Part shown: in pieces, positions 1 to 8,992 of the stretch
Layout of the letters: each line of letters opens with the position of its first letter
Numbering within the stretch: position 1 is the first letter of the stretch
Assembly: GCA_963744145.1 (NCBI GenBank)
Contig: CAVUSO010000001.1
Coordinates: forward strand, 5,664,001-5,728,000
Direction of reading: 5' to 3'
Source of the DNA: an uncultured cyanobacterium
Lineage (GTDB): Bacteria > Cyanobacteriota > Cyanobacteriia > Cyanobacteriales > CAWUOF01
Length of the DNA stretch: 64,000 bases
The notes under the pieces: generated by a model
What the model was told of the DNA's origin: nothing
Database searches by the model: none
What the model saw: the letters and a program-made list of their open reading frames with translations, nothing else
Translations under genes and position numbers: made by a program

Positions 1-181
1 GTTGATCCTGTCCCACCATGATGGTGATTAGATTTGCTGTGGGAATATAGTCTGAGAGTGTTGACTAAATAGCCATGGTAATCTGGTCGGAAATGAAATC
101 CGCTACTTTGGCTCAAGTTGTTCATTTTTTGGCTATTGTCTTATTATATTAGTCAACTATTGAAATAAATTTCCTAAAAAT

Positions 182-448
182 ATGAAACCAAATATTATTG
201 TTATTGTGAGTTCAGAGAGGAAGTTAGAAATTCCCCCAGAAATTGAAGCTCAACTTAATCCTGGCGATCGATATAGTGTGATTGTTACCGCAGATCGGAT
301 TGTTTTTCAGAAGGTAGCTGGTTTTGACTGGGAGGAACTACGACGACGTAGAGAGTCTTTACCACCCGAGCCTAATCCGATGACAATGGAGGAAATTTGC
401 GAAATTGTTAGAGAAGTCCGTCGCGAAAAACGTTTGGAAAAAGAATGA
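182..448 (+). CDS. AbrB/MazE-like antitoxin (copy 1; no toxin follows)
   Basis: 88 aa with an AbrB-type N-terminus (VSSERKLEIPPEIEAQLNPGD); near-identical to 2427.. and 3822.. Confidence 0.7.
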   Translation: MKPNIIVIVSSERKLEIPPEIEAQLNPGDRYSVIVTADRIVFQKVAGFDWEELRRRRESLPPEPNPMTMEEICEIVREVRREKRLEKE

Positions 449-579
449 AGCATCAGATCATCCTGATCGCTAATAAGCCTGCAATTTTATCGTAAATTGG
501 GATAAAATTAGAAAACTCTACTGATGAATAAATCAATCTTAACAAGGGAGGATTATAATATGTCATCAAATGCTATCCG

Positions 580-810
580 CTAAACACGCTTTCAGATCTG
601 GACAACCAGTACATAAAGTGTAGAGATGGCCAGTCTAAGTTCTTGATTGGACTACGTTACTTGGGTCATGGCACCTGCGAGTGCTTTCCAGCTTTTAGCT
701 CTGCCGTTCAGTTTTAAACATTCCTATTTAGCTAAGAAAGTGAACTGAACATGACAAGCCTAAGTAACATTGACGAGGAAAAAATTACCTGAGAAATCAG
801 AGTTTCAACT
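580..810 (+). ncRNA. omegaRNA/HEARO-like scaffold of IscB (boundaries approximate)
   Basis: Non-coding stretch directly upstream of iscB with the typical look of these scaffolds (CCAGTCTAAG..CTACGTT..GGTCATGGCACC..CCAG..CTCTG..AACATTGACGAGG). Confidence 0.65.
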
Positions 811-2085
811 ATGTCTAACTTTGTTTTTGTGATCGACACCAACAAGCGCCCTATTAATCCTGTTCATCCAGCACAAGCTCGATTGTTGTTGAATCAGGGG
901 AAAGCTGCTATATTTCGGAGATTTCCATTTACGATCATCTTAAAAACTGCATCAATACAAGTAACAAAACCGATTCAGTTAAAAATAGATCCAGGTTCTC
1001 AAATAACTGGTCTGGCATTAGTATCTAATGATGCAGTTATTTGGGGTGCTGAATTAACTCACCGTGGTCAAGCAATTAAAGCTAATCTTGAGTCTCGGCG
1101 AGCGCTGCGTCGTAATCGGCGGAACCGCAAAACTCGTTATCGCCAATTACGGTTTCTAAATAGAACTCGTTGCAAAGGTTGGTTAGCTCCCAGCATGGAA
1201 CACCGAGTAGAAACTACTCTAACCTGGGTAAATAGGCTAAGGAAATTTGCACCAATTAGTTCTATTTCCCAAGAACTGGTCAGGTTTGATCTGCAACGGT
1301 TAGAGGCTCCTGAAATATCGGGCATTGAGTACCAACAAGGAGAGCTACAAGGCTACGAAGTTCGCGAATACTTACTGAATAAGTGGGGCAGAAAATGTGT
1401 TTATTGTGGAGCAGAAAATACGCCCCTAGAGATTGAACATATTTTGGCTAAAAGCAGAGGTGGGACGGATAGAGTTAGCAATCTTACCCTAGCTTGTCAT
1501 ACTTGTAATCAGAGAAAAGGTAATCAGTCAATTGAGAAATTTCTCCACAACAAACCAGATGTTTTGAGACGGGTTCTAGCACAAGCCAAAGCACCATTAA
1601 AAGACGCTGCTGCTGTCAACTCTACCCGATGGGCATTATTCAACCGACTCAAGGAAACCGGATTACCAGTTGAAACCGGAACTGGTGGCAGAACCAAATT
1701 TAACCGCGTTAAGTTTGGGATTGAAAAGCGTCACTATCTAGATGCGGCTTGTGTGGGCGTAGTTGAGAAATTAACTTTGAAAACTACTAAGCCCTTACTG
1801 ATTACTGCTAAGGGTTGGGGTACTCGCCAGATGTCTACTACCAACCAATATGGTTTTCCTATAAGACATCGCACCAGACAGAAAGCTTTTTTTGGGTTTC
1901 AAACTGGGGATATAGTTCGCGCTACTCTACCAAAAGGAAAATTCGCAGGAATACATATCGGGCGCTTAACTGTTCGTGCCACAGGTGTTTTTGAAATGGT
2001 GACAGTCAAGGGCAAAGTTAGCCCTGTCAGAGCTAAATACTGCCAAATAGTTCATCGGGTTGATGGATACAATTATGCCGCATAA
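811..2085 (+). CDS. iscB: RNA-guided endonuclease IscB (RRXRR, split RuvC, HNH)
   Basis: PLMP-like N-terminus (KRPINPVHPAQARLLL), RuvC-I IDPGS, Arg-rich bridge helix RRALRRNRRNRKTRYR, QELVRFD, HNH CVYCG..EIEH..GG..N..C..CN, RuvC-III HYLDAAC. Confidence 0.95.
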   Translation: MSNFVFVIDTNKRPINPVHPAQARLLLNQGKAAIFRRFPFTIILKTASIQVTKPIQLKIDPGSQITGLALVSNDAVIWGAELTHRGQAIKANLESRRALRRNRRNRKTRYRQLRFLNRTRCKGWLAPSMEHRVETTLTWVNRLRKFAPISSISQELVRFDLQRLEAPEISGIEYQQGELQGYEVREYLLNKWGRKCVYCGAENTPLEIEHILAKSRGGTDRVSNLTLACHTCNQRKGNQSIEKFLHNKPDVLRRVLAQAKAPLKDAAAVNSTRWALFNRLKETGLPVETGTGGRTKFNRVKFGIEKRHYLDAACVGVVEKLTLKTTKPLLITAKGWGTRQMSTTNQYGFPIRHRTRQKAFFGFQTGDIVRATLPKGKFAGIHIGRLTVRATGVFEMVTVKGKVSPVRAKYCQIVHRVDGYNYAA

Positions 2086-2426
2086 TCCACTTATGTCCAC
2101 TTATTCGGCGATTAGAGGTGATCTGATCGCGACCTTGGTCAAAATTATGGAATCTTTGCCCGAAACTCTCCAAGACCAAGTAGTTCAGTATTTGCGAGAA
2201 TATATTGAAGATTTAAGGGACGAAGAGCAATGGAATTTATCTTTTCAGAATACACAAAAATCCCTGATTATGGCTGCACAACGAGCCAAACAGGAAATTG
2301 CCGCAGGAAAAGCACAGCCATTAGATATTGAGCAGTTATAAAATTGGCTACTTTGGGTCATGTTGTTCATTTTTTGGCTATTGTGTTATTATATTAGTCA
2401 ACTATTGAAATAAATGTCCTAAAAAT

Positions 2427-2756
2427 ATGAAAGCAAATATTACTGTTCTTGTGAGTTCAGAGGGAAAGTTAGAAATCCCCCCAGAAATCGAAGCTCAACT
2501 CAATCCTGGCGATCGATATAGTGTAATTGTTACCGCAGATCGGATTGTTTTTCAGAAGGTAGCTGGTTTCGACTGGGAGGAACTACGACGACGTAGAGAG
2601 TCTTTACCAAACTATCCCAGTCGCCGAGAATTTATGAAATTGCCACTAGAAGATAGGCGAAATATTTTAGCAAAACAAGCTGAGGTCATGTTGCAGCATT
2701 ACCAACAAGATAGAGAATGGCAAGAATTAGAAGCAGGAGATTTAATTGACTACTAA
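2427..2756 (+). CDS. AbrB-like antitoxin, chimeric C-terminus (copy 2)
   Basis: Same N-terminus as copies 1 and 3; C-terminus resembles ORF 4726..4971; overlaps the mazF-like gene. Confidence 0.7.
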   Translation: MKANITVLVSSEGKLEIPPEIEAQLNPGDRYSVIVTADRIVFQKVAGFDWEELRRRRESLPNYPSRREFMKLPLEDRRNILAKQAEVMLQHYQQDREWQELEAGDLIDY

Positions 2757-3108
2757 TTCTCCTTCTCCTAAACGGGGTGATATTTGGGTTGCTAATTTTG
2801 ATCCAACCGTGGGAGTAGAAATCAAAAAAATCCGTCCATCTGTAGTGGTAAGTTCTGATAGTGTTGGTAAGTTACCACTCAAATTGGCTGCACCGATAAC
2901 AGCTTGGAAAGAATATTATGCTGGCAATATCTGGCACGTTAAGATTGACCCAGATATTGCTAATGGTTTAACGAAAGTTTCAGCAGTTGATGTGTTGCAA
3001 TTGCGAGGCATGGATGTACAAAGATTTATTCGTAAAATCGGAGAAATTTCGACTACTGATATAGAGGAAATTGCCAGAGCGATCGCTATTTTAGTAGAGT
3101 ATTATTAG
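2746..3108 (+). CDS. PemK/MazF family toxin
   Basis: PKRGDIWVANFDPTVGVEIKKIRPSVVVS motif. Confidence 0.9.
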   Translation: MTTNSPSPKRGDIWVANFDPTVGVEIKKIRPSVVVSSDSVGKLPLKLAAPITAWKEYYAGNIWHVKIDPDIANGLTKVSAVDVLQLRGMDVQRFIRKIGEISTTDIEEIARAIAILVEYY

Positions 3109-3150
3109 TTACTTATAAAGCGCGATCACACTCAATCCTGGCCATCGATA

Positions 3151-3315
3151 TATAGCGAATCTAAATGAAACATGAACAGAACCCTTCGACAGGCTCAGGG
3201 CAAGTTTTGTCTGGATTTGTAGGGGCAAAGCATTTCGGCAGATCCGCGATCGGCTCAACGCAGAAAATTATGACCGAAATGCTTTGCCCTCGGCCATTTA
3301 TGAATCAAATAGATT
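3151..3315. repeat. MITE/REP-like palindromic element (related copy at ~5113-5230)
   Basis: Imperfect terminal IR and an internal GGGCAAAGCATTTCGG...CCGAAATGCTTTGCCC hairpin, duplicated near 5160-5230. Confidence 0.7.
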
Positions 3316-3391
3316 GACTTGGTCAAATTATTAGAGCTGATTATCAAGTATCTTTAGTCGTTTTTGCTGAAGAAAATGAGGAGATATTACA

Positions 3392-3727
3392 ATGGGAACA
3401 TTAGAAAATTATCGTGACATTATCCAAAAAATTCTGACTGAATATGCTCAAATACCTTATGCTTATGGAGATATTCAGATTCAAACAGTTTTCGATCGCA
3501 ATTCCGACCATTATTTGCTCATGATCTTGGGACGTGAAAACGATATCAGAGTTCATGGATGCTTAGTTCATGTTGATATTATTGAGGGAAAAATTTGGAT
3601 TCAAAGAGATGGAACTGAACAAGGAATTGCCAATGAATTAGTAGCCGAGGGAATTGCCAAAGAACAGATTGTTTTGGGATTTCGTTCTCCGAATATTCGG
3701 CAGTACATAGGTTTTGCGATCAATTAA
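3392..3727 (+). CDS. XisI family protein
   Basis: FDRNSDHY...VHGCLVHVDIIEGKIWIQRDGTEQGIA...IVLGF signature. Confidence 0.9.
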   Translation: MGTLENYRDIIQKILTEYAQIPYAYGDIQIQTVFDRNSDHYLLMILGRENDIRVHGCLVHVDIIEGKIWIQRDGTEQGIANELVAEGIAKEQIVLGFRSPNIRQYIGFAIN

Positions 3728-3821
3728 ATGCAGTAATAAATATCCTCGACTAGAAATAATCACTTTTTTGGGCTATGATGTGATAATATTAGTCAACCAT
3801 TGAGATAAATTCCCTCAAAAT

Positions 3822-4097
3822 ATGAAAGCAAATATTACTGTTATTGTGAGTTCAGAGGGGAAGTTAGAAATTCCCCCAGAAATCGAAGCTCAACTCAATC
3901 CTGGCGATCGATATAGTGTAATTGTTACCGCAGATCGGATTGTTTTTCAGAAGGTAGTAGGTTTCGACTGGGAAGAATGGGAACGACGAGTAGAAGCAGC
4001 TAATCCCGATCCCGATGAGTTAACAATAGAAGAGATTTGCGAAATTGTGCGGGAAGTACGTCGCGAGAAACGTTTGGAAAGAGACTCACAACAATGA
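3822..4097 (+). CDS. AbrB-like antitoxin (copy 3)
   Basis: Paralog of copies 1 and 2; ATGA overlap with the PIN toxin. Confidence 0.75.
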   Translation: MKANITVIVSSEGKLEIPPEIEAQLNPGDRYSVIVTADRIVFQKVVGFDWEEWERRVEAANPDPDELTIEEICEIVREVRREKRLERDSQQ

Positions 4098-4516
4098 AAA
4101 TTGTAGTGGATACAAATATATTTGTGTCAGGCTGGTTATGGGGAGGTATCCCTGCTCGTTTATTTAGGTTAGCAAGAAATTATCAACTCATAATTTGTAC
4201 TTCTGAACCAATACTAGCAGAATTAGAAACTACATTGGGTAAACAAAAAATACAGGTTAAATTACAATCTTTGAGTTTTACCATTAATGGTTTAATGAGC
4301 GGAACACGAGAGTTAGTGGAAGTTTACCCGATTTCTACTATCAATGTGCCTGAGTTAAGAGATTTTAATGATCAGATGATTTTAGCAACAGCGATCGCTG
4401 CTGAAGTTGATGTGATTGTGACTGGCGATCGCGATTTGCTAATTTTGCAGGAATATCAGGAGATTCCAATTATTACTGCTAGGGATTTTTTGGAGCGTTA
4501 TTTTCCAGAAAATTAA
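4094..4516 (+). CDS. PIN-domain toxin
   Basis: MKIVVDTNIFVSG...D..D..IL..A...IVTGDRDLL; start moved to the ATG at 4094. Confidence 0.9.
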   Translation: MKIVVDTNIFVSGWLWGGIPARLFRLARNYQLIICTSEPILAELETTLGKQKIQVKLQSLSFTINGLMSGTRELVEVYPISTINVPELRDFNDQMILATAIAAEVDVIVTGDRDLLILQEYQEIPIITARDFLERYFPEN

Positions 4517-4725
4517 GATTTGGTAATATGAAGCATCAGATTGTAGCAACGATCGCTATTTTTAGAAGCACTACGGGAAGATTTAATCAAAGCTATTCAG
4601 GATGGTAATCTGCCTAAAATCGCAAAATATTCAGACGGGTTATAACAAGAGGTCATGAATTAATATCTGACTTATATGCTATTCTAGATCAGAGAAAACT
4701 CAGATATTGGCGAGAAAAAAATTAA

Positions 4726-4971
4726 GTGGAGCGAATAGAAGCACTGATTTCTGAGCATCAGATTCAAACAATGGCAACCGATATGGCTTTAGAAATCCCA
4801 ACAATCACCAACTATACCAATCGTCGAGAATTTATAAAATTGCCACTAGAAGAGAAGCGCAATATTTTAGCAAAACAAGCTGAGGTAATAAGGATATTTT
4901 GGGAGATATCAACGAAGAATGGTGAAGCATTCGGGGATAATATTACTCCCCTTCGACTACGCTCAGGGTAA
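4726..4971 (+). pseudogene. Truncated antitoxin-like gene running into a repeat element
   Basis: Shares NY..RREF.KLPLE..RNILAKQAEV with 2427..2756, then runs into REP-like sequence. Confidence 0.5.
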
Positions 4972-5230
4972 AGTTTGAGCGTTCAATTGTCACCCGAATG
5001 CTTCACCCCTACAATTAACTGAACCGTATTGCTTCGACTCCGCCTTTCGACTCCGCGAGCAGGTAAACTCAGGGTAAACTCAGGGTAAACGATCGCGAAC
5101 AGCAAGGAAACATCAACAGAACCCTTCGACAGGCTCAGGGCAAGTTTTGTCCGGATTCGTAGGGGCAAAGCATTTCGGCAGATCCGCGATCGGCTCAACG
5201 AAGAAAATTATGACCGAAATGCTTTGCCCA
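4920..5230. repeat. Cluster of REP-like hairpins and CCTTCGAC..GCTCAGGG short repeats
   Basis: GTGAAGCATTCGGG...CCCGAATGCTTCAC inverted repeat plus several CCTTCGACnnGCTCAGGG units. Confidence 0.65.
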
Positions 5231-5375
5231 AGCAGTTTGGTAGAAAGCGCGATCAGCTGAAACGGATTGACTTATAAAGCGCGATCGCACACCTGATTGT
5301 TGTTATATCAAAAATGAAAAGCGATCGCAAACTCTGTAATATTTATACAGTAAATATTTGACGCTTTCCACCTTA

Positions 5376-7478
5376 CTACTGTGTTACATTCAGCCCCATT
5401 TCAGCTAGAAATGGAGAGGGAATAGCATCCCGATTGCAAAACTGCCTACTCACAAGGATCAAAACCTTTCTCCTTGCGCGTGTAAAAGCAACATAAAAAA
5501 CTCGTCGTTCCGCTTCCTGCTCCTCTGGTGTTTCTGCGTTTCTATTCGGCCAGATATCATCATTCACATCCAGGAGGATCACGGAGTCGAATTCTTTACC
5601 TTTGGAACGAATTGCTGTCATCAAATGAACTGGTCTTGTCAAAAGCTCATCCGATGATGAAGGTTCATCATCATCAACTGGAGGAATATGAGCAAGTTGT
5701 TCCTTTGCCCGCTCAATATCATCAATAAATTGGTTGTAATCGTCTTCATATCTGATCGCATATTCTGCTAAGTGTAAAAATGGTGGATCGACGTAGAATA
5801 TATCGTCTTCAGCTTTACCAAGATCAATCTGTAAACCGCTAAAATTTTCCCCCAATTGACGAATTGACTCAGCCACAGTTTCTGCCTGAAGAAAACACCG
5901 AATGGAATCAGCCATAACTGAACTAATCCTGCCCTTGCTGTTTGCCTTTTCCCCCCTCAATGAGCCACGATATAGTTCGAGAGATTCCACTGCCTCTAAT
6001 ACTGTTGACAAACCTTCTGAGTTATTTAAATGCCTGCGAAGTGCTTGCCGATCAGGTTTACTTAGAGGGTATCTTTGAACAAGATCACAAAGTTCCAAGA
6101 TATCATTTACTACTTCTGTTCTACGCGGCTTAGTGTCATATCGGGTTTTAATTGTAATGAGGCTAATTATGCGCTCGAAAGCCTTACTCATAAATACTTG
6201 AAGATCCTCAGCTGCACAGAATGGTACGTTATTCGATGCAAAAAATATTTGGTATGGGATCAGTTGGCTACGTTTTCGCCCAATAATAGCAACACGAGCT
6301 GGATTATTCCCTCCTGCAATGAGATTTTGAATTTCAGTATGTACTCGTTCCATCGCTCTGTTCAAGTTTTCAGTCACTTGAACTTCTACTAAAGCAACAT
6401 CAGTTCTAGCAGCATAGATCGTTTTATTAACCCGCCTAGAATTTCTAGCTATTAGTCGTTGCGACATTTCGACAATATTACTAGGAGAGCGATAGTTTGT
6501 AGCCAATGTATATGTAGAGAAATCCATTTCAAAAAAGTCCTGTGGTCTCAGGATGTATTCAGGAGTCGCTCCACGCCATTCAAAAAGTGCTTGATCGTCA
6601 TCACCAACAATAGTAATGTTTGCTCGATTTCGCTGAACAATCGCTTTTAGCAGTGCAAGATCGAGCGGGTTAATGTCTTGGAATTCATCTACAAGTATAT
6701 GATCGTATCGAGCTGCCCCCGAAAGATAGCTATCTTCATCAAGCTTCTGACGTTCATTAAGATAAGCAAAGTATTTTTGATCTTCGATTGTAAATGTTTC
6801 ACTACTAATCAAGTGTTTTGTTGCATCTCGCCAAAATCGGAAAAAGTTGTTATAAATTTCACGGTTATTATTATTTTTAGATATAATTCCCAATCCTACA
6901 AGTAAACTACATATTTCGTTGAGCTTATGAGTAAGCCCTTGTGAACGAAGTTCATCGAGTCGCTTAACAAACTCTTCATAGTTTGTTTGACGGATATGAT
7001 CGAAGCCAATAGACTTGAATGAGTCTATTATTTCCATCAGTTTTTTTGGTCTAGTATTCTTCTTTTTGCCTTCTAATGCAGTTCTTACTATTTCATATTC
7101 AGACCTTATCCAAATCGGTCGAAGCTGATTACGCATTGTAAAAAAAAGGTCTTCGTTAGTAGTAATTAGCTTGGTGCTGGATGCAATATTTTTTATTCTT
7201 CGATATCCCCATGAATTTAGGGTTATGATCTCAATCCGATCTCGGAGCGATGCAAATCTGTTGTCTTCATTTAGTCGTGAACGAAGTTCCTGTTGAGCTA
7301 CCCTCGTGAATGTAAGAATCAGAAATCGTAGACGCTGAGGGTTCGCTTTTTCTGCAAGATACGCACACCGAAACAGTAGCGAAATAGTTTTACCGCATCC
7401 TGCTGGAGCAAGAAGCCGAATATTTTCATCGGGTGCTTCACAAAATTGCCTTTGTGATAAATCAAGTGTTATACACAT
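5376..7478 (-). CDS. UvrD/REP (SF1) ATP-dependent helicase
   Basis: APAGCGKT, LTFT, LVDEFQD, VGDDDQ, NYRS, SKGKEFD, EERR-like ERRVFYVAFTRAR motifs. Confidence 0.9.
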   Translation of the reverse strand: MCITLDLSQRQFCEAPDENIRLLAPAGCGKTISLLFRCAYLAEKANPQRLRFLILTFTRVAQQELRSRLNEDNRFASLRDRIEIITLNSWGYRRIKNIASSTKLITTNEDLFFTMRNQLRPIWIRSEYEIVRTALEGKKKNTRPKKLMEIIDSFKSIGFDHIRQTNYEEFVKRLDELRSQGLTHKLNEICSLLVGLGIISKNNNNREIYNNFFRFWRDATKHLISSETFTIEDQKYFAYLNERQKLDEDSYLSGAARYDHILVDEFQDINPLDLALLKAIVQRNRANITIVGDDDQALFEWRGATPEYILRPQDFFEMDFSTYTLATNYRSPSNIVEMSQRLIARNSRRVNKTIYAARTDVALVEVQVTENLNRAMERVHTEIQNLIAGGNNPARVAIIGRKRSQLIPYQIFFASNNVPFCAAEDLQVFMSKAFERIISLITIKTRYDTKPRRTEVVNDILELCDLVQRYPLSKPDRQALRRHLNNSEGLSTVLEAVESLELYRGSLRGEKANSKGRISSVMADSIRCFLQAETVAESIRQLGENFSGLQIDLGKAEDDIFYVDPPFLHLAEYAIRYEDDYNQFIDDIERAKEQLAHIPPVDDDEPSSSDELLTRPVHLMTAIRSKGKEFDSVILLDVNDDIWPNRNAETPEEQEAERRVFYVAFTRARRKVLILVSRQFCNRDAIPSPFLAEMGLNVTQ

Positions 7479-7738
7479 TTTAAGATTCTCTCAAGAAAGT
7501 AAGTTAATCAGTAGCGTGCAAAAAGCATTTCTAATTACGATTTTTGCCAGGAATATCTAGCTTTAAGACAGGTTGGCTATTAATCTGATAAAAATTCCAG
7601 ATTTTCTCTTGCAATAAATTAACCCTTAATATTAATTTAGTACATCATTACAAATTTAAGTTCTGCTATCTCTGCCGCGTTCCGTATTCTGTTTAAATCT
7701 CAACAAACACGGAAAGCCGTAGGGACAATCAATCTCTA

Positions 7739-8776
7739 TTAGTTTGCTGCTATTCTGATATCAGGAGAGCATAAAATATGAGATTCTGCGCGAAAAAAAA
7801 TTATGTCTTGTCGATTCATTACGCTTTCCCAATAGATTTTTTGCTGCTTTATATCTCCGTCATCTGCGGTTATGGAAATAGCTACTGTCTCAGGTTTTGA
7901 TTCAACAATTGCGTCTAAAAGGTGTTTATTAAAATCAGGAGAATTGTTTTCCTGGTTTGACTCAAGATTCAGTGGATTGCCAAGTATAACAAGTTTACCC
8001 GTGTTTTGTTTAAATCTGTTATAAGCAAACAACAGATAAGTGCACTTATCAATAAATTTGCGCTTGTCTCTAAATGTACCCTCTGCCATGATCAATGGTC
8101 GAATAGTTCGCTCTCTCCAGAGTGTTTCACACTGTTCTAAGATGGTTTTTTCTCGTTGATAGGCAATTTTTCGGATCTCTTCTCCTTGAGAATATAAATG
8201 TAATCCCCCATGAAGATAAAAAACCCTTAACCAGTTATCCTCTTGACTGAAGCTTTCATCGAATTTGTCAACATTAAAATAGTCTCGAAAGCCCGTAGTA
8301 CTTTCATCTGACATAAGGCTCCAGTAAATCAGCAAATCATAACCTGTATAAAACAGGTTTTGATACTTCAATAGTTCTTCTTTAATCTTGATTAATAAGT
8401 CTGGTTGGATTGTTTCCCAAAGAATATGAACTCGTTTGATAGCGTGGGTTAGAGAGCGTTGGATATTCTGATAACGCTCGTCTATTATCTTGCGAATCTC
8501 TGAACCTGCCTGTATGTTTAAAAGATTATCGACTACCATTTTGGTAGTCGAAAGAGTTGCTAGGACTTTTTCAAAGTTTTTAGTATCTAGAGCCTTAAAA
8601 AGTTGTTGATCTTCTGCTGACAAGTAATTGCCGCCATTATTTTCTAATGATGCCTCTTGATACAAGGATGAATTTTGGAAACGATCCCACACTGCACAAC
8701 TAAAGCCTTTGCCCAACAAAAGACTTGTTTCCTTGTTTTCAAAATCTTTTTTAATGTCTTTCCATTCATTACTCAT
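7739..8776 (-). CDS. DUF4917-family (SIR2-like fold) protein
   Basis: LLLGKGFS N-terminal motif, YDLLIYW, YLHGGLHLY, AEGT. Confidence 0.7.
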   Translation of the reverse strand: MSNEWKDIKKDFENKETSLLLGKGFSCAVWDRFQNSSLYQEASLENNGGNYLSAEDQQLFKALDTKNFEKVLATLSTTKMVVDNLLNIQAGSEIRKIIDERYQNIQRSLTHAIKRVHILWETIQPDLLIKIKEELLKYQNLFYTGYDLLIYWSLMSDESTTGFRDYFNVDKFDESFSQEDNWLRVFYLHGGLHLYSQGEEIRKIAYQREKTILEQCETLWRERTIRPLIMAEGTFRDKRKFIDKCTYLLFAYNRFKQNTGKLVILGNPLNLESNQENNSPDFNKHLLDAIVESKPETVAISITADDGDIKQQKIYWESVMNRQDIIFFRAESHILCSPDIRIAAN

Positions 8777-8992
8777 TTCTGCACCTATTACTAACTAAAG
8801 GTATCCGACTAATGTTTAGCTTTATCACTTATATGATAACTTAAATATTTAAAATTTAATATCATCAAAACTCATAAATTATCACTAATTAAACTTAGGA
8901 ATTCATATCATAAAAATTCATGTTTTTTCCCTAATCTCATAAAATGTCATAAGCTTTGGTACAATAAGGAAATTACTCCAATTTATCTGACT

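Larger units (their letters stand above)
574..2124 (+). mobile_element. IS200/IS605-superfamily IscB (OMEGA) element, non-autonomous (no tnpA seen)
   Basis: Contains iscB plus a ~240-nt upstream non-coding region; joining the flanks (573|2125) restores an in-frame small gene. Confidence 0.7.
560..2341 (+). pseudogene. Small antitoxin-like gene (MSSNAIATLVKIMESLPE...) split by the IscB element; 5' part 560-573, 3' part 2125-2341
   Basis: RBS AAGGGAGG then ATG at 560 reads MSSNA; the frame continues as IATLVKIMESLPETLQDQVV after the element. Confidence 0.7.

Noticed and set aside
4983..5198. 71-aa minus-strand ORF
   Set aside because: It is a translation of REP-like repeats.
100..5340. Integron-like cassette array
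   Set aside because: No integrase and no consistent attC-like site between the genes; the shared segments are gene and promoter fragments.
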